From the IMG/VR virus record IMGVR_UViG_3300028552_000008: a stretch of DNA of 20,000 nt; one strand, 5' to 3'. Shown here piece after piece: positions 1-8,468 of this stretch. The position numbers and the translations under genes are program-made. The stretch is from an uncultured virus (IMG/VR IMGVR_UViG_3300028552_000008) (Duplodnaviria > Heunggongvirae > Uroviricota > Caudoviricetes). The notes under the pieces were generated by a model. The model searched no databases and was not told the DNA's origin. It saw only the letters and a program-made list of their open reading frames with translations. Numbering within the stretch: position 1 is the stretch's first letter; each line of letters begins with the position of its first letter.

Positions 1-1
1 G

Positions 2-163
2 CCAGATTTACCAGGAACTACAATTAGTAGAATACTTTATAAGAAGAAAGGGTTTGGCTGGACTGTAGGAGTTGGAGCAATGCATTTATCTAGAATATGG
101 TTTCATGCTAAAACTATAGAATCAGCACTATCCAAAGCTGAAAAACACTTTAAAATAAAATGA
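2..163 (+). CDS. Partial hypothetical protein (5' end outside window), ...HAKTIESALSKAEKHFKIK
   Basis: Frame 2 is open from base 2 to TGA at 161-163, overlapping the ligase ATG (ATGA). Confidence 0.6.
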   Translation, partial: PDLPGTTISRILYKKKGFGWTVGVGAMHLSRIWFHAKTIESALSKAEKHFKIK

Positions 164-1308
164 CTAAATTTAATACACTTTATAAGCGGGCTAGTAATGG
201 GAAGATACAGGAATGGACCATAGTTGTAGATGATAATTCTTACATAGTTACGGAAGGCATGAAAGATGGAAAGCTAACTACTACCGCTCCTCATACATGT
301 GAAGGTAAGAATCCTGGAAAGAAGAATGAAACTTTAGCAACAGAACAAGCTCTGAAAGAAGCCAAAGCAGTTTATGATAAGAAACTTCGTAGAGGTTATG
401 TAGAAAGTATTGGTGACGTTGATAATACTACTTTTGAAAAACCTATGAAAGGTTCTAAGTTTCAGGATTATGAAAACGAAGTTGAATACCCTGTAGGTTA
501 TGACGATAAAATTAATGGGGTGAACTTTAGAATTAAGGCTAAAGGGATTGAAAGTACGGGTGGGGAATTCTTTTTAACTGCTCCTCACATCATTAATAGC
601 CTAAAACCTTTATTCACTAAGTATCCAAATCTAGTATTGATGGGTGAAGGTTATAATCCTAAAGCTGAGTTCCTTCATCAAATAACTGAGATTCTTACAG
701 TAACTAAGAAAAACAAAGACATTACACCAGAATTATTAGCATTAAGTGAGAAAGTTTGTGAATGCTGGTTATTTGATGGGTACGGCTTTGATAATATTGA
801 TGAAAATACTAATTGGATGAAGAGGAGAGAAGCAGTTAAAAAATTAGTCAAAGGTTATAAGTATGTTTATGTTTTGCCTTATAAGACAGCTAATAATAAG
901 GCTGAGTTGGATATTGCTTTGGCTGAAAATAAGACTAGAGGTGGTGAAGGTCTTATGGTTCGTTGGAAAAATTGTGAGATAAAACATGGTAAAAGCAAAT
1001 ATCTACTCAAGCTAAAACATTGGGAAGATGAGGAGTTTGAATTGGTGGATTTCGCTCTAGGGAACGGAAATTGGAGCACATTTCCTAAAAAAGCAATTTT
1101 CAAATTACCTGAACCTTGTAAAGATAGAGATGGTAATATCTTAACTACTTTTGCATCCAATATAGAAGGAGGAGAAGAATATCTTGCTAAATTATGGAAA
1201 GACCGTAAAGACTTGATAGGTAAGAAATTTACTGTGAAATACCAGCTTAAAAGTGCTTATGGTATTCCTCAAATTCCTTGGTTAATTGTACCTAGAACAT
1301 ATGAATAA
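160..1308 (+). CDS. lig: ATP-dependent DNA ligase (phage type, with N-terminal WGR-like domain)
   Basis: Motif I-like KING, motif III MGEGY, motif IV GGEGLMVR, motif V LLKLK, C-terminal OB-fold-like region (TVKYQ...GIPQIP). Confidence 0.85.
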   Translation: MTKFNTLYKRASNGKIQEWTIVVDDNSYIVTEGMKDGKLTTTAPHTCEGKNPGKKNETLATEQALKEAKAVYDKKLRRGYVESIGDVDNTTFEKPMKGSKFQDYENEVEYPVGYDDKINGVNFRIKAKGIESTGGEFFLTAPHIINSLKPLFTKYPNLVLMGEGYNPKAEFLHQITEILTVTKKNKDITPELLALSEKVCECWLFDGYGFDNIDENTNWMKRREAVKKLVKGYKYVYVLPYKTANNKAELDIALAENKTRGGEGLMVRWKNCEIKHGKSKYLLKLKHWEDEEFELVDFALGNGNWSTFPKKAIFKLPEPCKDRDGNILTTFASNIEGGEEYLAKLWKDRKDLIGKKFTVKYQLKSAYGIPQIPWLIVPRTYE

Positions 1309-1483
1309 ACAAATAATGAAACAAGCAGGGTTTACTGAAGAACTTAAACAAATAGAAGTAGGTAATTGTCCTATCTGTCGTAAACCGATAAATTTAGAAG
1401 ATTTCAGAAATGCTTTGTCTAAAAGAGAATATGAGATCTCGAAAATGTGTAATGCCTGTCAGGACTTAATCTTTGGCCCATGA
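1301..1483 (+). CDS. Small zinc-finger-like phage protein
   Basis: CPIC...CNAC cysteine pairs; ATG at 1301 preferred over the upstream TTG at 1286. Confidence 0.7.
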   Translation: MNKQIMKQAGFTEELKQIEVGNCPICRKPINLEDFRNALSKREYEISKMCNACQDLIFGP

Positions 1484-1486
1484 TTT

Positions 1487-1792
1487 ATGTGGATAAAATG
1501 GAAATATAATGATCATGGCTGGCCTGATTTTAAAGAACTTGAGATCCCTGATGATTTTGATGGTTGTGATTCGATAGAGGATTATCTTTGTGAGCGCGGA
1601 TATGTTCCAATAGGTATTAAAAGATTTCTGTCGAGTAAGATAAAGTGGGAGAAGATAGACCTTACTTCTCAAGAAATTAAAGCTAGAAAGATAACTTCAT
1701 TAAAGAATGAAATCCACTATCATACAATGTGTTTAGCTGACTATAAGAAAGAATTAGAGGAATTACTTAGAGATGATGTCAAAACCACTTAA
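1487..1792 (+). CDS. Hypothetical protein with C-terminal coiled coil
   Basis: 101-aa ORF packed between neighbours. Confidence 0.7.
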   Translation: MWIKWKYNDHGWPDFKELEIPDDFDGCDSIEDYLCERGYVPIGIKRFLSSKIKWEKIDLTSQEIKARKITSLKNEIHYHTMCLADYKKELEELLRDDVKTT

Positions 1793-2120
1793 AATGTATA
1801 TCTTTGTGAGAAAATCGCTACCGTCCCACAAAGTAATTAGTGTAGCTCATGGTGTATTAATAGCGCATTTAAAATTCAGTCCACTCACACCTTTAGTATA
1901 TAGTAATGAAAACCAGAGAGTATATAATGAATGGCTTAATACCTCATTTCGCAAAGTAGTATGTGAAGTGACTGATGCGGAGTTTACGGAGCTAAAGAAG
2001 GAATCTGATTATATAACAGTAACAGAATCAGCCTTACCTGGAGAAGAATTAACACTGGTATTCTGTCCTAGATATGAATGGCCGGTAAAGTTTAAAACTT
2101 ACCCTTTATTCAATATATGA
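1773..2120 (+). CDS. Peptidyl-tRNA hydrolase, PTH2-like
   Basis: KMYIFVRKSL...VAHG...EWL...RKVVCEV...TLVFCPR follows the PTH2 motif layout. Confidence 0.7.
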   Translation: MMSKPLKMYIFVRKSLPSHKVISVAHGVLIAHLKFSPLTPLVYSNENQRVYNEWLNTSFRKVVCEVTDAEFTELKKESDYITVTESALPGEELTLVFCPRYEWPVKFKTYPLFNI

Positions 2121-2350
2121 TAAAAGTAACTATAATATACGTGGATAGCTGGTTACAAGGAAGTCATATGGTAAATTTAACTAAAATGGCTAGGGTTGAA
2201 GCCTCATCTATCAAAGCTATAATGGAATCTAAATATAGAGATTCGATTGTCTATATGTTTGAAGGTTGGCCGCTTATGGTAGGTGAAACGATAGAAGACT
2301 TAAACAAATCTGAAATTATAACAATAAACGAAGACAGTACTAAAATATAA
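2117..2350 (+). CDS. Hypothetical protein
   Basis: 77-aa ORF with ATGA overlap. Confidence 0.7.
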   Translation: MIKVTIIYVDSWLQGSHMVNLTKMARVEASSIKAIMESKYRDSIVYMFEGWPLMVGETIEDLNKSEIITINEDSTKI

Positions 2351-2361
2351 ATAATTAACTT

Positions 2362-2438
2362 GGGTGAGTAGACCAGTGGAAGGAGTCACATGTCTTAGGA
2401 ACATGGCAGGGTGGGTTCGAATCCCATCTCACCCACCA
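2362..2438 (+). tRNA. tRNA-Leu (anticodon TAG) with short variable loop
   Basis: Acceptor GGGTGAG/CTCACCC, anticodon arm CATGT-CTTAGGA-ACATG, T arm GTGGG-TTCGAAT-CCCAT, A73 plus encoded CCA. Confidence 0.92.
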
Positions 2439-2467
2439 AACTAATAACAACAATAATAACTAAACTT

Positions 2468-3178
2468 ATGGAACAAACATTACAATTACAACATTTAACA
2501 AATAATTCTGACAGCGCATTACCTTCTTTCTCTACTTTTACTGAACCAGGTATGTCACAATCAGAGCTATTACTAACTAGAATAGATACTCTGGAAGCTG
2601 GGATTAGGGAGATTAAAAATATAGGAGCAACTATAGATAAAACGTTAAATAGTATACTTGATTTGATTGAACTTAAAGAAGCTAATCAACCAGCTACTAC
2701 TGAAAACTTTACGCTAACTCCTACACCATCAACTAACGATGTAGCAGTTTCAATTATACCTACAGCAACTAAAAAATTGCTTAAGAAGGCAGAACAAGAA
2801 GGTGTTGTAGAAAAAATGCATGATGCTTTTTCAAATAATCCAATATTGAATGCTAATAAAAATAAATTGGTTCACGCATCTCTACATAAATTGTTTGTAT
2901 TGTCCTTGGTATTTGATGGCCGCTTTTCGAGTCAAGATGCTAAGAAGGCCTTGTTAGAATATGGCTTCAATTATGCTGAACAAAATGGACCTACCGCCTT
3001 ATTACATGATTTTGCTAAACGAGATTGGTTGACCGAAGTTGCACCTGGAGATACTACTCAGAATAAAAAACTTTCGTTCTATATCGTGAATCAAAAAATC
3101 CTCTCTGTTATTGCAATATTGTTAAACCCGGCTATTTTTATTGAATTGTATGATGATAGTAGAATAACTACTGCATAG
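2468..3178 (+). CDS. Hypothetical protein (N-terminal coiled coil, possible C-terminal winged helix)
   Basis: The ORF-track start at 2411 lies inside the tRNA; ATG at 2468 follows an A-rich leader. The fold guess is weak. Confidence 0.7.
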   Translation: MEQTLQLQHLTNNSDSALPSFSTFTEPGMSQSELLLTRIDTLEAGIREIKNIGATIDKTLNSILDLIELKEANQPATTENFTLTPTPSTNDVAVSIIPTATKKLLKKAEQEGVVEKMHDAFSNNPILNANKNKLVHASLHKLFVLSLVFDGRFSSQDAKKALLEYGFNYAEQNGPTALLHDFAKRDWLTEVAPGDTTQNKKLSFYIVNQKILSVIAILLNPAIFIELYDDSRITTA

Positions 3179-3223
3179 TTCTACATAATAGTGATTTAAT
3201 AATCGAAGACTAGACCCTTTCTT

Positions 3224-3631
3224 ATGACAATAACAAAAATAGCTAATAGATGGTATGACGAAAACAATAATAGCTGGTTATCAGAAGAAGCAGCTACTCA
3301 ATACTCACTTACCCTAACTAATTGTAGTAGGTGTAGTGATTGTAGTAATTGTATTGATTGTAGAGATTGTAGTAATTGGTGTAGTAATTGTAATAATTGT
3401 AGAGATTGTAGTTATTGTATATATTGTAGTGATTGTAGTTATTGTATATATTGTATTGATTGTAATATTTGTAGTGATTGTAGTAGTTGTATTAATTGTA
3501 GTAATTGTAGTGATTGTAGAGATTGTAGTAGTTGTATTGATTGTAGTGATTGTACTAATAATAAGAAGTATGAACCAGTAACTAGACCATTTATAGACTG
3601 TACTAACAGACTATTAGAACCAGATTTATGA
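3224..3631 (+). CDS. Cys-x-x repeat protein, paralog 1 (26 Cxx units), C-terminal tag NRLLEPDL
   Basis: Conserved N-terminal RWYDENNNSW...TLTNC head, 9-bp TGT-based repeat units. Confidence 0.85.
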   Translation: MTITKIANRWYDENNNSWLSEEAATQYSLTLTNCSRCSDCSNCIDCRDCSNWCSNCNNCRDCSYCIYCSDCSYCIYCIDCNICSDCSSCINCSNCSDCRDCSSCIDCSDCTNNKKYEPVTRPFIDCTNRLLEPDL

Positions 3632-3876
3632 CAAATATCACAGTACGAGATAAATATGACCAATCTATAGAAGTAGGAAATAATGTTATAGTAAAGTATT
3701 ATGGCAGTATTTATAAAGGAACTGTCATTAATATTAAACTAATAAATAGTACTGGGACTAGTACCAGTGATTTTTGTGCTCATTTAAGAGATTATTGGAT
3801 TAAAGTTATCATCCATTCACCTATTAGAGGAGATAAAGAGATAACTAGTAAATCAGGAGAAATAATAAGAATATGA
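3628..3876 (+). CDS. Small beta-barrel (SH3/KOW-like) hypothetical protein, untagged
   Basis: IEVGNNVIV...YKGTVINI pattern; ATGA overlaps at both ends. Confidence 0.7.
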   Translation: MTNITVRDKYDQSIEVGNNVIVKYYGSIYKGTVINIKLINSTGTSTSDFCAHLRDYWIKVIIHSPIRGDKEITSKSGEIIRI

Positions 3877-4145
3877 AATATAATCTAGTTCAAATTCGTA
3901 GTCATATAAAGAATCAACTTCGTGTTTCCTTTGAAGAAATTGAAATAGAAGGTGAAGTAATAGAAATCAGTTCACCAATGAATACTGGATTTTATTATTG
4001 CCTGGCTAAAAGAGGCAAGAAATATGCTTTTGATAGATTAAAGAAACATTTAATAAAAATGTATGATAAAGAAATTACAAAGATAACAAAAGAGTTAGAC
4101 ATGCTTAAAGCCGTAGAATATCCACATCGAAAAATAAGACATTAA
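3873..4145 (+). CDS. Hypothetical protein; a +1 frameshift near 4137 would append the tag DINDRKLEPDL
   Basis: 90-aa ORF; tag encoded out of frame at 4138-4173. Confidence 0.7.
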   Translation: MKYNLVQIRSHIKNQLRVSFEEIEIEGEVIEISSPMNTGFYYCLAKRGKKYAFDRLKKHLIKMYDKEITKITKELDMLKAVEYPHRKIRH

Positions 4146-4169
4146 TGATAGAAAGTTGGAACCAGACTT

Positions 4170-4601
4170 ATGACAATAACAAAAAGAGCTGATAGATGGT
4201 ATGACGAAAACGGTAATAGTTGGATAACTGAAGAACTAGCTACTACTGACTCTCCTACCCTAACTAATTGTTATAATTGTAGAGGTTGTAGTAATTGTAG
4301 AGATTGTAGTTATTGTATATATTGTAGTGATTGTAGTAATTGTATTAGTTGTATTAGTTGTAGTGATTGTAGTAATTGTAGTAATTGTTATAGTTGTATT
4401 GATTGTAGTAATTGTAGTGATTGTTATAGTTGTAGAGATTGTAGTAGTTGTATTGATTGTAGTAGTTGTAGTGGTTGTAGAGATTGTAGTAATTGTAATA
4501 ATTGTATTTATTGTAGTGATTGTACTAATAATAAGAAGTATGAACCAGTAACTAGACCATTTATAGACTGTACTAACAGACTATTAGAACCAGATTTATG
4601 A
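4170..4601 (+). CDS. Cys-x-x repeat protein, paralog 2 (29 Cxx units), tag NRLLEPDL
   Basis: Same head motif and repeat as paralog 1, identical tail. Confidence 0.85.
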   Translation: MTITKRADRWYDENGNSWITEELATTDSPTLTNCYNCRGCSNCRDCSYCIYCSDCSNCISCISCSDCSNCSNCYSCIDCSNCSDCYSCRDCSSCIDCSSCSGCRDCSNCNNCIYCSDCTNNKKYEPVTRPFIDCTNRLLEPDL

Positions 4602-5443
4602 AAGCACATTGGATCATAGAAAATTTTACAGATTCGGAGGATTACAGGGATTTAATTAAAGCAGTAAAAGATTTAGGCAAGGAATGCTTTGTAATAGATA
4701 AACGTAATCATTTTGATTTTAATCCTGCCTCATTTGTGGAAAATGAATGTGTAATAGTTCAAGGGTCAATTCAAATGGTTAAGAATATAGAATCTAGGTT
4801 ACCTAAAAATTGCTTTCCCATCAAATATTGCACCTTCAACAATTATCTTTGCTCGGTTTACTATCCTAAATTAAAAGACTTCCTATTTAATGATAAGTAT
4901 GTATTACTTCCGCTAAAAGAACTTAAAGAGAATAAGTTTGATTATTATCAGAAGTTTGGAAAAGAAGCACTTATATTTGTAAGACCGGATAGTGGAGAAA
5001 AGACATTTCAAGCCCAACTCTTAGATTTGCAGGATTTCGACAGATTTTGGACTAACTCTATAGCTTCCAGTACTTTAGATGATGATTTAGTACTAGTTTC
5101 TACGCCTAAAGATATAATAGGTGAGTGGCGTTTTATATGTTCAAAGTATAACGATGGGGAAATCATAACTCAATCTACTTATCGATATCAAGGCAAGTTA
5201 TGTTATATACCTGCTGCACCTGTTAAAGCAACTGAACTTTGTAAAAATATATTAAAGGTTCAATATTACCCAGACTCTGTTTTTTGCATAGATATCTGCC
5301 AGGCTGGGGATAACAAGTTCTATTTATTAGAATTAACCTCCTTTTCTAGTGCTGGTCTATATGCTACCGATAAAAAGAAGATAGCAACTAGAGTAAGTGA
5401 AATAACCGAATTTGAATATGGAAGAGAAATATTCTATAGGTGA
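4598..5443 (+). CDS. ATP-grasp domain protein (DUF4343/R2K-like)
   Basis: FVRPDSGEKTF, EWRF, CIDI and LLELTSFSSAGLY motifs typical of this ATP-grasp clade. Confidence 0.8.
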   Translation: MKAHWIIENFTDSEDYRDLIKAVKDLGKECFVIDKRNHFDFNPASFVENECVIVQGSIQMVKNIESRLPKNCFPIKYCTFNNYLCSVYYPKLKDFLFNDKYVLLPLKELKENKFDYYQKFGKEALIFVRPDSGEKTFQAQLLDLQDFDRFWTNSIASSTLDDDLVLVSTPKDIIGEWRFICSKYNDGEIITQSTYRYQGKLCYIPAAPVKATELCKNILKVQYYPDSVFCIDICQAGDNKFYLLELTSFSSAGLYATDKKKIATRVSEITEFEYGREIFYR

Positions 5444-5660
5444 TCTTGTTGAATTATTAAATTTAGGTGAAGGGGAGATCGTCTCTATAAAAAACACTTA
5501 TTATCATATGAGAATGTTGAATCATGTATCTATTGGTAAACGTGATTTAGATCCGGGAGATATACTTAATGTGTGGCCTGACGAAATAGTAAAAAAGATA
5601 GTAATTCTAAGACCTGATTATAGTAACTTAGATGAAAGAAGAATTGATATTGAATTATGA
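5418..5660 (+). CDS. SH3/KOW-like small protein, tag ERRIDIEL
   Basis: KYSIGDLV start motif; ATG at 5418 (TTG at 5412 also possible). Confidence 0.75.
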   Translation: MEEKYSIGDLVELLNLGEGEIVSIKNTYYHMRMLNHVSIGKRDLDPGDILNVWPDEIVKKIVILRPDYSNLDERRIDIEL

Positions 5661-5905
5661 ATGATTATAAGGTAGGTGATGTGATTGAGGCTTTTTATGT
5701 AGCATCTATTTATTGTACAGGTAAAATAGTAGAATTTAAGTTTAAGGGAGTTCTCATACGTATACTAGAAGACATGAATTACAATGATATAATATGTTAT
5801 CCTAGTAATACACAGTTATTTCTCCCATTTGAAAATATCATAGGGTTTAGTCAACTTATTAGAACAGAAAACATATATGAACGAAACCTTGACCCATATT
5901 TATAA
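5657..5905 (+). CDS. SH3/KOW-like small protein, tag ERNLDPYL
   Basis: YKVGDVI...GKIV. Confidence 0.75.
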   Translation: MNDYKVGDVIEAFYVASIYCTGKIVEFKFKGVLIRILEDMNYNDIICYPSNTQLFLPFENIIGFSQLIRTENIYERNLDPYL

Positions 5906-6155
5906 TATAGGTGATGAAGTTAGTGGGAATTATGCACAATTAGCTGAGTTTAAAGGATTTATAGTATCATATAAATTTTATTTCAATAAACCTTGGTATT
6001 ATGTACAGCTAACTGAACGCATATTTATACACAAAGAATTACCTATAGGTTGGATCATAGCTGTTTCAGAGATGGAAATTAAGGAAGTTAAAAAATTAAG
6101 AAAAGAAAACATATATGAGCGAAACCTTGACCCATATTTATAATATAGGTGATGA
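5866..6155 (+). repeat. 52-bp direct repeat (5866-5917 and 6104-6155, one mismatch) spanning gene junctions
   Basis: agaaaacatatatgaRcgaaaccttgacccatatttataatataggtgatga. Confidence 0.9.
5877..6143 (+). CDS. SH3/KOW-like small protein, tag ERNLDPYL
   Basis: YNIGDEV...FKGFIV. Confidence 0.75.
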   Translation: MNETLTHIYNIGDEVSGNYAQLAEFKGFIVSYKFYFNKPWYYVQLTERIFIHKELPIGWIIAVSEMEIKEVKKLRKENIYERNLDPYL

Positions 6156-6333
6156 GGTGGCATTTTATAGAGGTACTCATAGGTTTGAAGGTAGAATAAT
6201 AAATAGCGCAGCATTTCATGATCATTGGTGTGTTCAATTATTGAACTCTAAATTTATGTCAGTACATAAACAATGTTGTAATAAAATTAGAAAAGAAAAT
6301 CCTTTAGATAGGAAACTAGAGCTTGATTTATGA
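6115..6333 (+). CDS. SH3/KOW-like small protein, tag DRKLELDL
   Basis: YNIGDEV...FEGRII. Confidence 0.75.
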   Translation: MSETLTHIYNIGDEVAFYRGTHRFEGRIINSAAFHDHWCVQLLNSKFMSVHKQCCNKIRKENPLDRKLELDL

Positions 6334-6887
6334 CAATAACTAAAAGAGATAATAGATGGTTTGACGAAAACAATAATAGCTGGGATAGTGAAGAAGAAGC
6401 TACTCTATACTCACCTACCCTAACCGATTGTACTAGTTGTTTTAATTGTTATAGTTGTATTGATTGTAGTAGTTGTATTGATTGTAGAGATTGTAGTAGT
6501 TGTATTGATTGTAGTAATTGTAGAGATTGTACTAGTTGTGATAGTTGTAGTGGTTGCATTGATTGTAGTGGTTGTGTTGATTGTAGAGATTGTAGTGGTT
6601 GTAGTGGTTGTATTTATTGTATATATTGTAGTGATTGTAGTGAGTGTTATGGATGTAGAGATTGTAGTAATTGTAGTAATTGTTATAGTTGTATTGATTG
6701 TAGTAATTGTAGTGATTGTAGAGATTGTAATAATTGTAGAGATTGTAGTAGTTGTATTGATTGTAGAGATTGTAGTTATTGTAGTAGTTGTATTGGTTGT
6801 AATGACTGGACTAATAACATGAAATATGAACCGGTAATTAGACCATTTATAGACTGTACTAACAGACTATTAGAACCAGACTTATGA
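6330..6887 (+). CDS. Cys-x-x repeat protein, paralog 3 (42 Cxx units), tag NRLLEPDL
   Basis: Head RWFDENNNSW...SPTLTDC; longest repeat tract of the family. Confidence 0.85.
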   Translation: MTITKRDNRWFDENNNSWDSEEEATLYSPTLTDCTSCFNCYSCIDCSSCIDCRDCSSCIDCSNCRDCTSCDSCSGCIDCSGCVDCRDCSGCSGCIYCIYCSDCSECYGCRDCSNCSNCYSCIDCSNCSDCRDCNNCRDCSSCIDCRDCSYCSSCIGCNDWTNNMKYEPVIRPFIDCTNRLLEPDL

Positions 6888-7126
6888 CACAAAAGGAATA
6901 TAAAGTAGGAGATGTGGTTGATTTTGAGGTTAGTAATTTGAAAGGAATAGGAACTATAACACCATATAATGGAGACATAATGTATGCTGTAATTATAGAG
7001 GAATTTCCCGGTATACCTAGTAGAACTAAATGGCATATATTTCCTGATGAAATAACAGGTATACATGTTGAACCTAGAATAGAATTTGACATCACAAAAG
7101 ATAGAAGATTAGAGTTAGAACTATGA
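6884..7126 (+). CDS. SH3/KOW-like small protein, tag DRRLELEL
   Basis: YKVGDVV...GIGTI. Confidence 0.75.
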   Translation: MTQKEYKVGDVVDFEVSNLKGIGTITPYNGDIMYAVIIEEFPGIPSRTKWHIFPDEITGIHVEPRIEFDITKDRRLELEL

Positions 7127-7377
7127 ATGAATTTGAAGAAGGAATGAAAGTTATAGTTACTTTTTATAGCGGTAATAAAGCTGTAGGAATAATAATATGG
7201 TATGCTGATGATACTTCCTATGAAGTTGAAGTCTTGCATTATACAGAAATTAATGATAAAGAGAAAACGGTGGAGACATTTCCAAATCCTTATAGTAACA
7301 TTAACTTCATAAATACCGAAGCAATACCAAGTAGAACAGAGAATCCTTTTGATAGAAAATTGGAACCAGATCTATGA
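7123..7377 (+). CDS. SH3/KOW-like small protein, tag DRKLEPDL
   Basis: FEEGMKVIVTFYSGNKAVGII; apparent paralog of 8789..9055. Confidence 0.75.
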   Translation: MNEFEEGMKVIVTFYSGNKAVGIIIWYADDTSYEVEVLHYTEINDKEKTVETFPNPYSNINFINTEAIPSRTENPFDRKLEPDL

Positions 7378-7625
7378 GTGAATATAAAGTAGGAGATGTT
7401 GTAGTTTATTGGTCTATTAGTTCTAACTCAGAGGCAGTTGCTAAGATAGTCGAAACCGATTGGACTAGTTTTAATTATTTAAGGGTAATTATAATAAAAC
7501 ATGATCATCTTAGTGCAGGTACATCAATTTATTTAACAGAGAGTGAAATAATAAGATTGGACGGTCCCATTATAAAACACTGTTTTGATATTATGTTAGA
7601 TAGAAGATTAGATTTGGAACTATAA
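7374..7625 (+). CDS. SH3/KOW-like small protein, tag DRRLDLEL
   Basis: YKVGDVV...VAKIV. Confidence 0.75.
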   Translation: MSEYKVGDVVVYWSISSNSEAVAKIVETDWTSFNYLRVIIIKHDHLSAGTSIYLTESEIIRLDGPIIKHCFDIMLDRRLDLEL

Positions 7626-7757
7626 GTAACTGTTTTACCTTATATACCACATTCTCTACTCCAATCTACCACTCTCTCCCCATAATCCTCCCCATCACTC
7701 ACAATTTCAACTACTTACGAAACTTGTATTAACTCTATATAATAACTTTCCAACTAT

Positions 7758-8024
7758 ATGAATCCTAAAGTAGAACTAATAAAAATAAACAAAATCCCAA
7801 TTAGTATAGGTGTGGATAAATACGTATTCCCTATTAAAAATAGTATAGTACATCATAACCAAGACTCACTACTAGGCTCTACTATAGTATCAGATCCAGG
7901 TTATAGTGTATTAGGATTTCGCCGTGACCCTAAAGCTCTATCCAACCATAATCTAGCCTTTGAACTAGCAGAACTAGCCTGGAAAATACAAGAATTTGAT
8001 CTTATATATGAAAACACTAGCTAA
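7758..8024 (+). CDS. Hypothetical protein
   Basis: 88-aa ORF following a non-coding gap. Confidence 0.65.
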   Translation: MNPKVELIKINKIPISIGVDKYVFPIKNSIVHHNQDSLLGSTIVSDPGYSVLGFRRDPKALSNHNLAFELAELAWKIQEFDLIYENTS

Positions 8025-8241
8025 CTACCTCAATGACCCGGATAATGACTTAACTGTTGAACTTGATGCTGAATTATTAAAGAAGATTCAACTAGATACT
8101 CTTTATAGTCTATTAATTAAGAGTACTGAAGCCTTAAATCTGCCTGCTATCTCTAAGGAGCATACTGATATAATGGTAATTCATTTAATCCTTAATGAAA
8201 TAGAACTTTTGAAATATGGATTCAACATTAAAGAAGTGTAA
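8008..8241 (+). CDS. Hypothetical protein
   Basis: ATG at 8008 preferred over TTG at 7996. Confidence 0.65.
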   Translation: MKTLANYLNDPDNDLTVELDAELLKKIQLDTLYSLLIKSTEALNLPAISKEHTDIMVIHLILNEIELLKYGFNIKEV

Positions 8242-8264
8242 GAAACTAATAACCTGGGCTGAGC

Positions 8265-8465
8265 ATGAAATTAAAGATTGAATACTTGAAACTACTATAT
8301 AAAAGAGTACTTAACTGTATATACTATGCTTGTTTGACTGACCAATACTTAAGTTGTATAGTACTAATTATAGTTTATCCTATATCTCTTATTATAGTGA
8401 ATCTATATAACAAAGTTGTAATTAAAGATAGTAAACCTAATTGTTGGAATGATTTTTTCTTCTAA
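8265..8465 (+). CDS. Small putative membrane protein
   Basis: Hydrophobic stretch LSCIVLIIVYPISLIIVNL. Confidence 0.55.
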   Translation: MKLKIEYLKLLYKRVLNCIYYACLTDQYLSCIVLIIVYPISLIIVNLYNKVVIKDSKPNCWNDFFF

Positions 8466-8468
8466 GAT

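Larger units (their letters stand above)
3540..4601 (+). repeat. 92-bp identical direct repeat (3540-3631 and 4510-4601), with a near-identical partial third copy ending at 6887
   Basis: attgtagtgattgtactaataataagaag...ctattagaaccagatttatga is read at both positions. Confidence 0.9.

Noticed and set aside
2411..2467. ORF-track N-terminal extensions at 2411 and 9891
   Set aside because: These starts fall inside tRNA genes. The ATGs at 2468 and 9915 are more plausible.
3336..6822. Val/Ile-rich ORFs 3336..3581, 4327..4551 and 6460..6822, and the Gln/Leu-rich minus ORF 3439..3663
   Set aside because: These are shadow frames of the 9-bp Cys-repeat DNA. The Cys frame carries the conserved head, the tag and the start/stop coupling.
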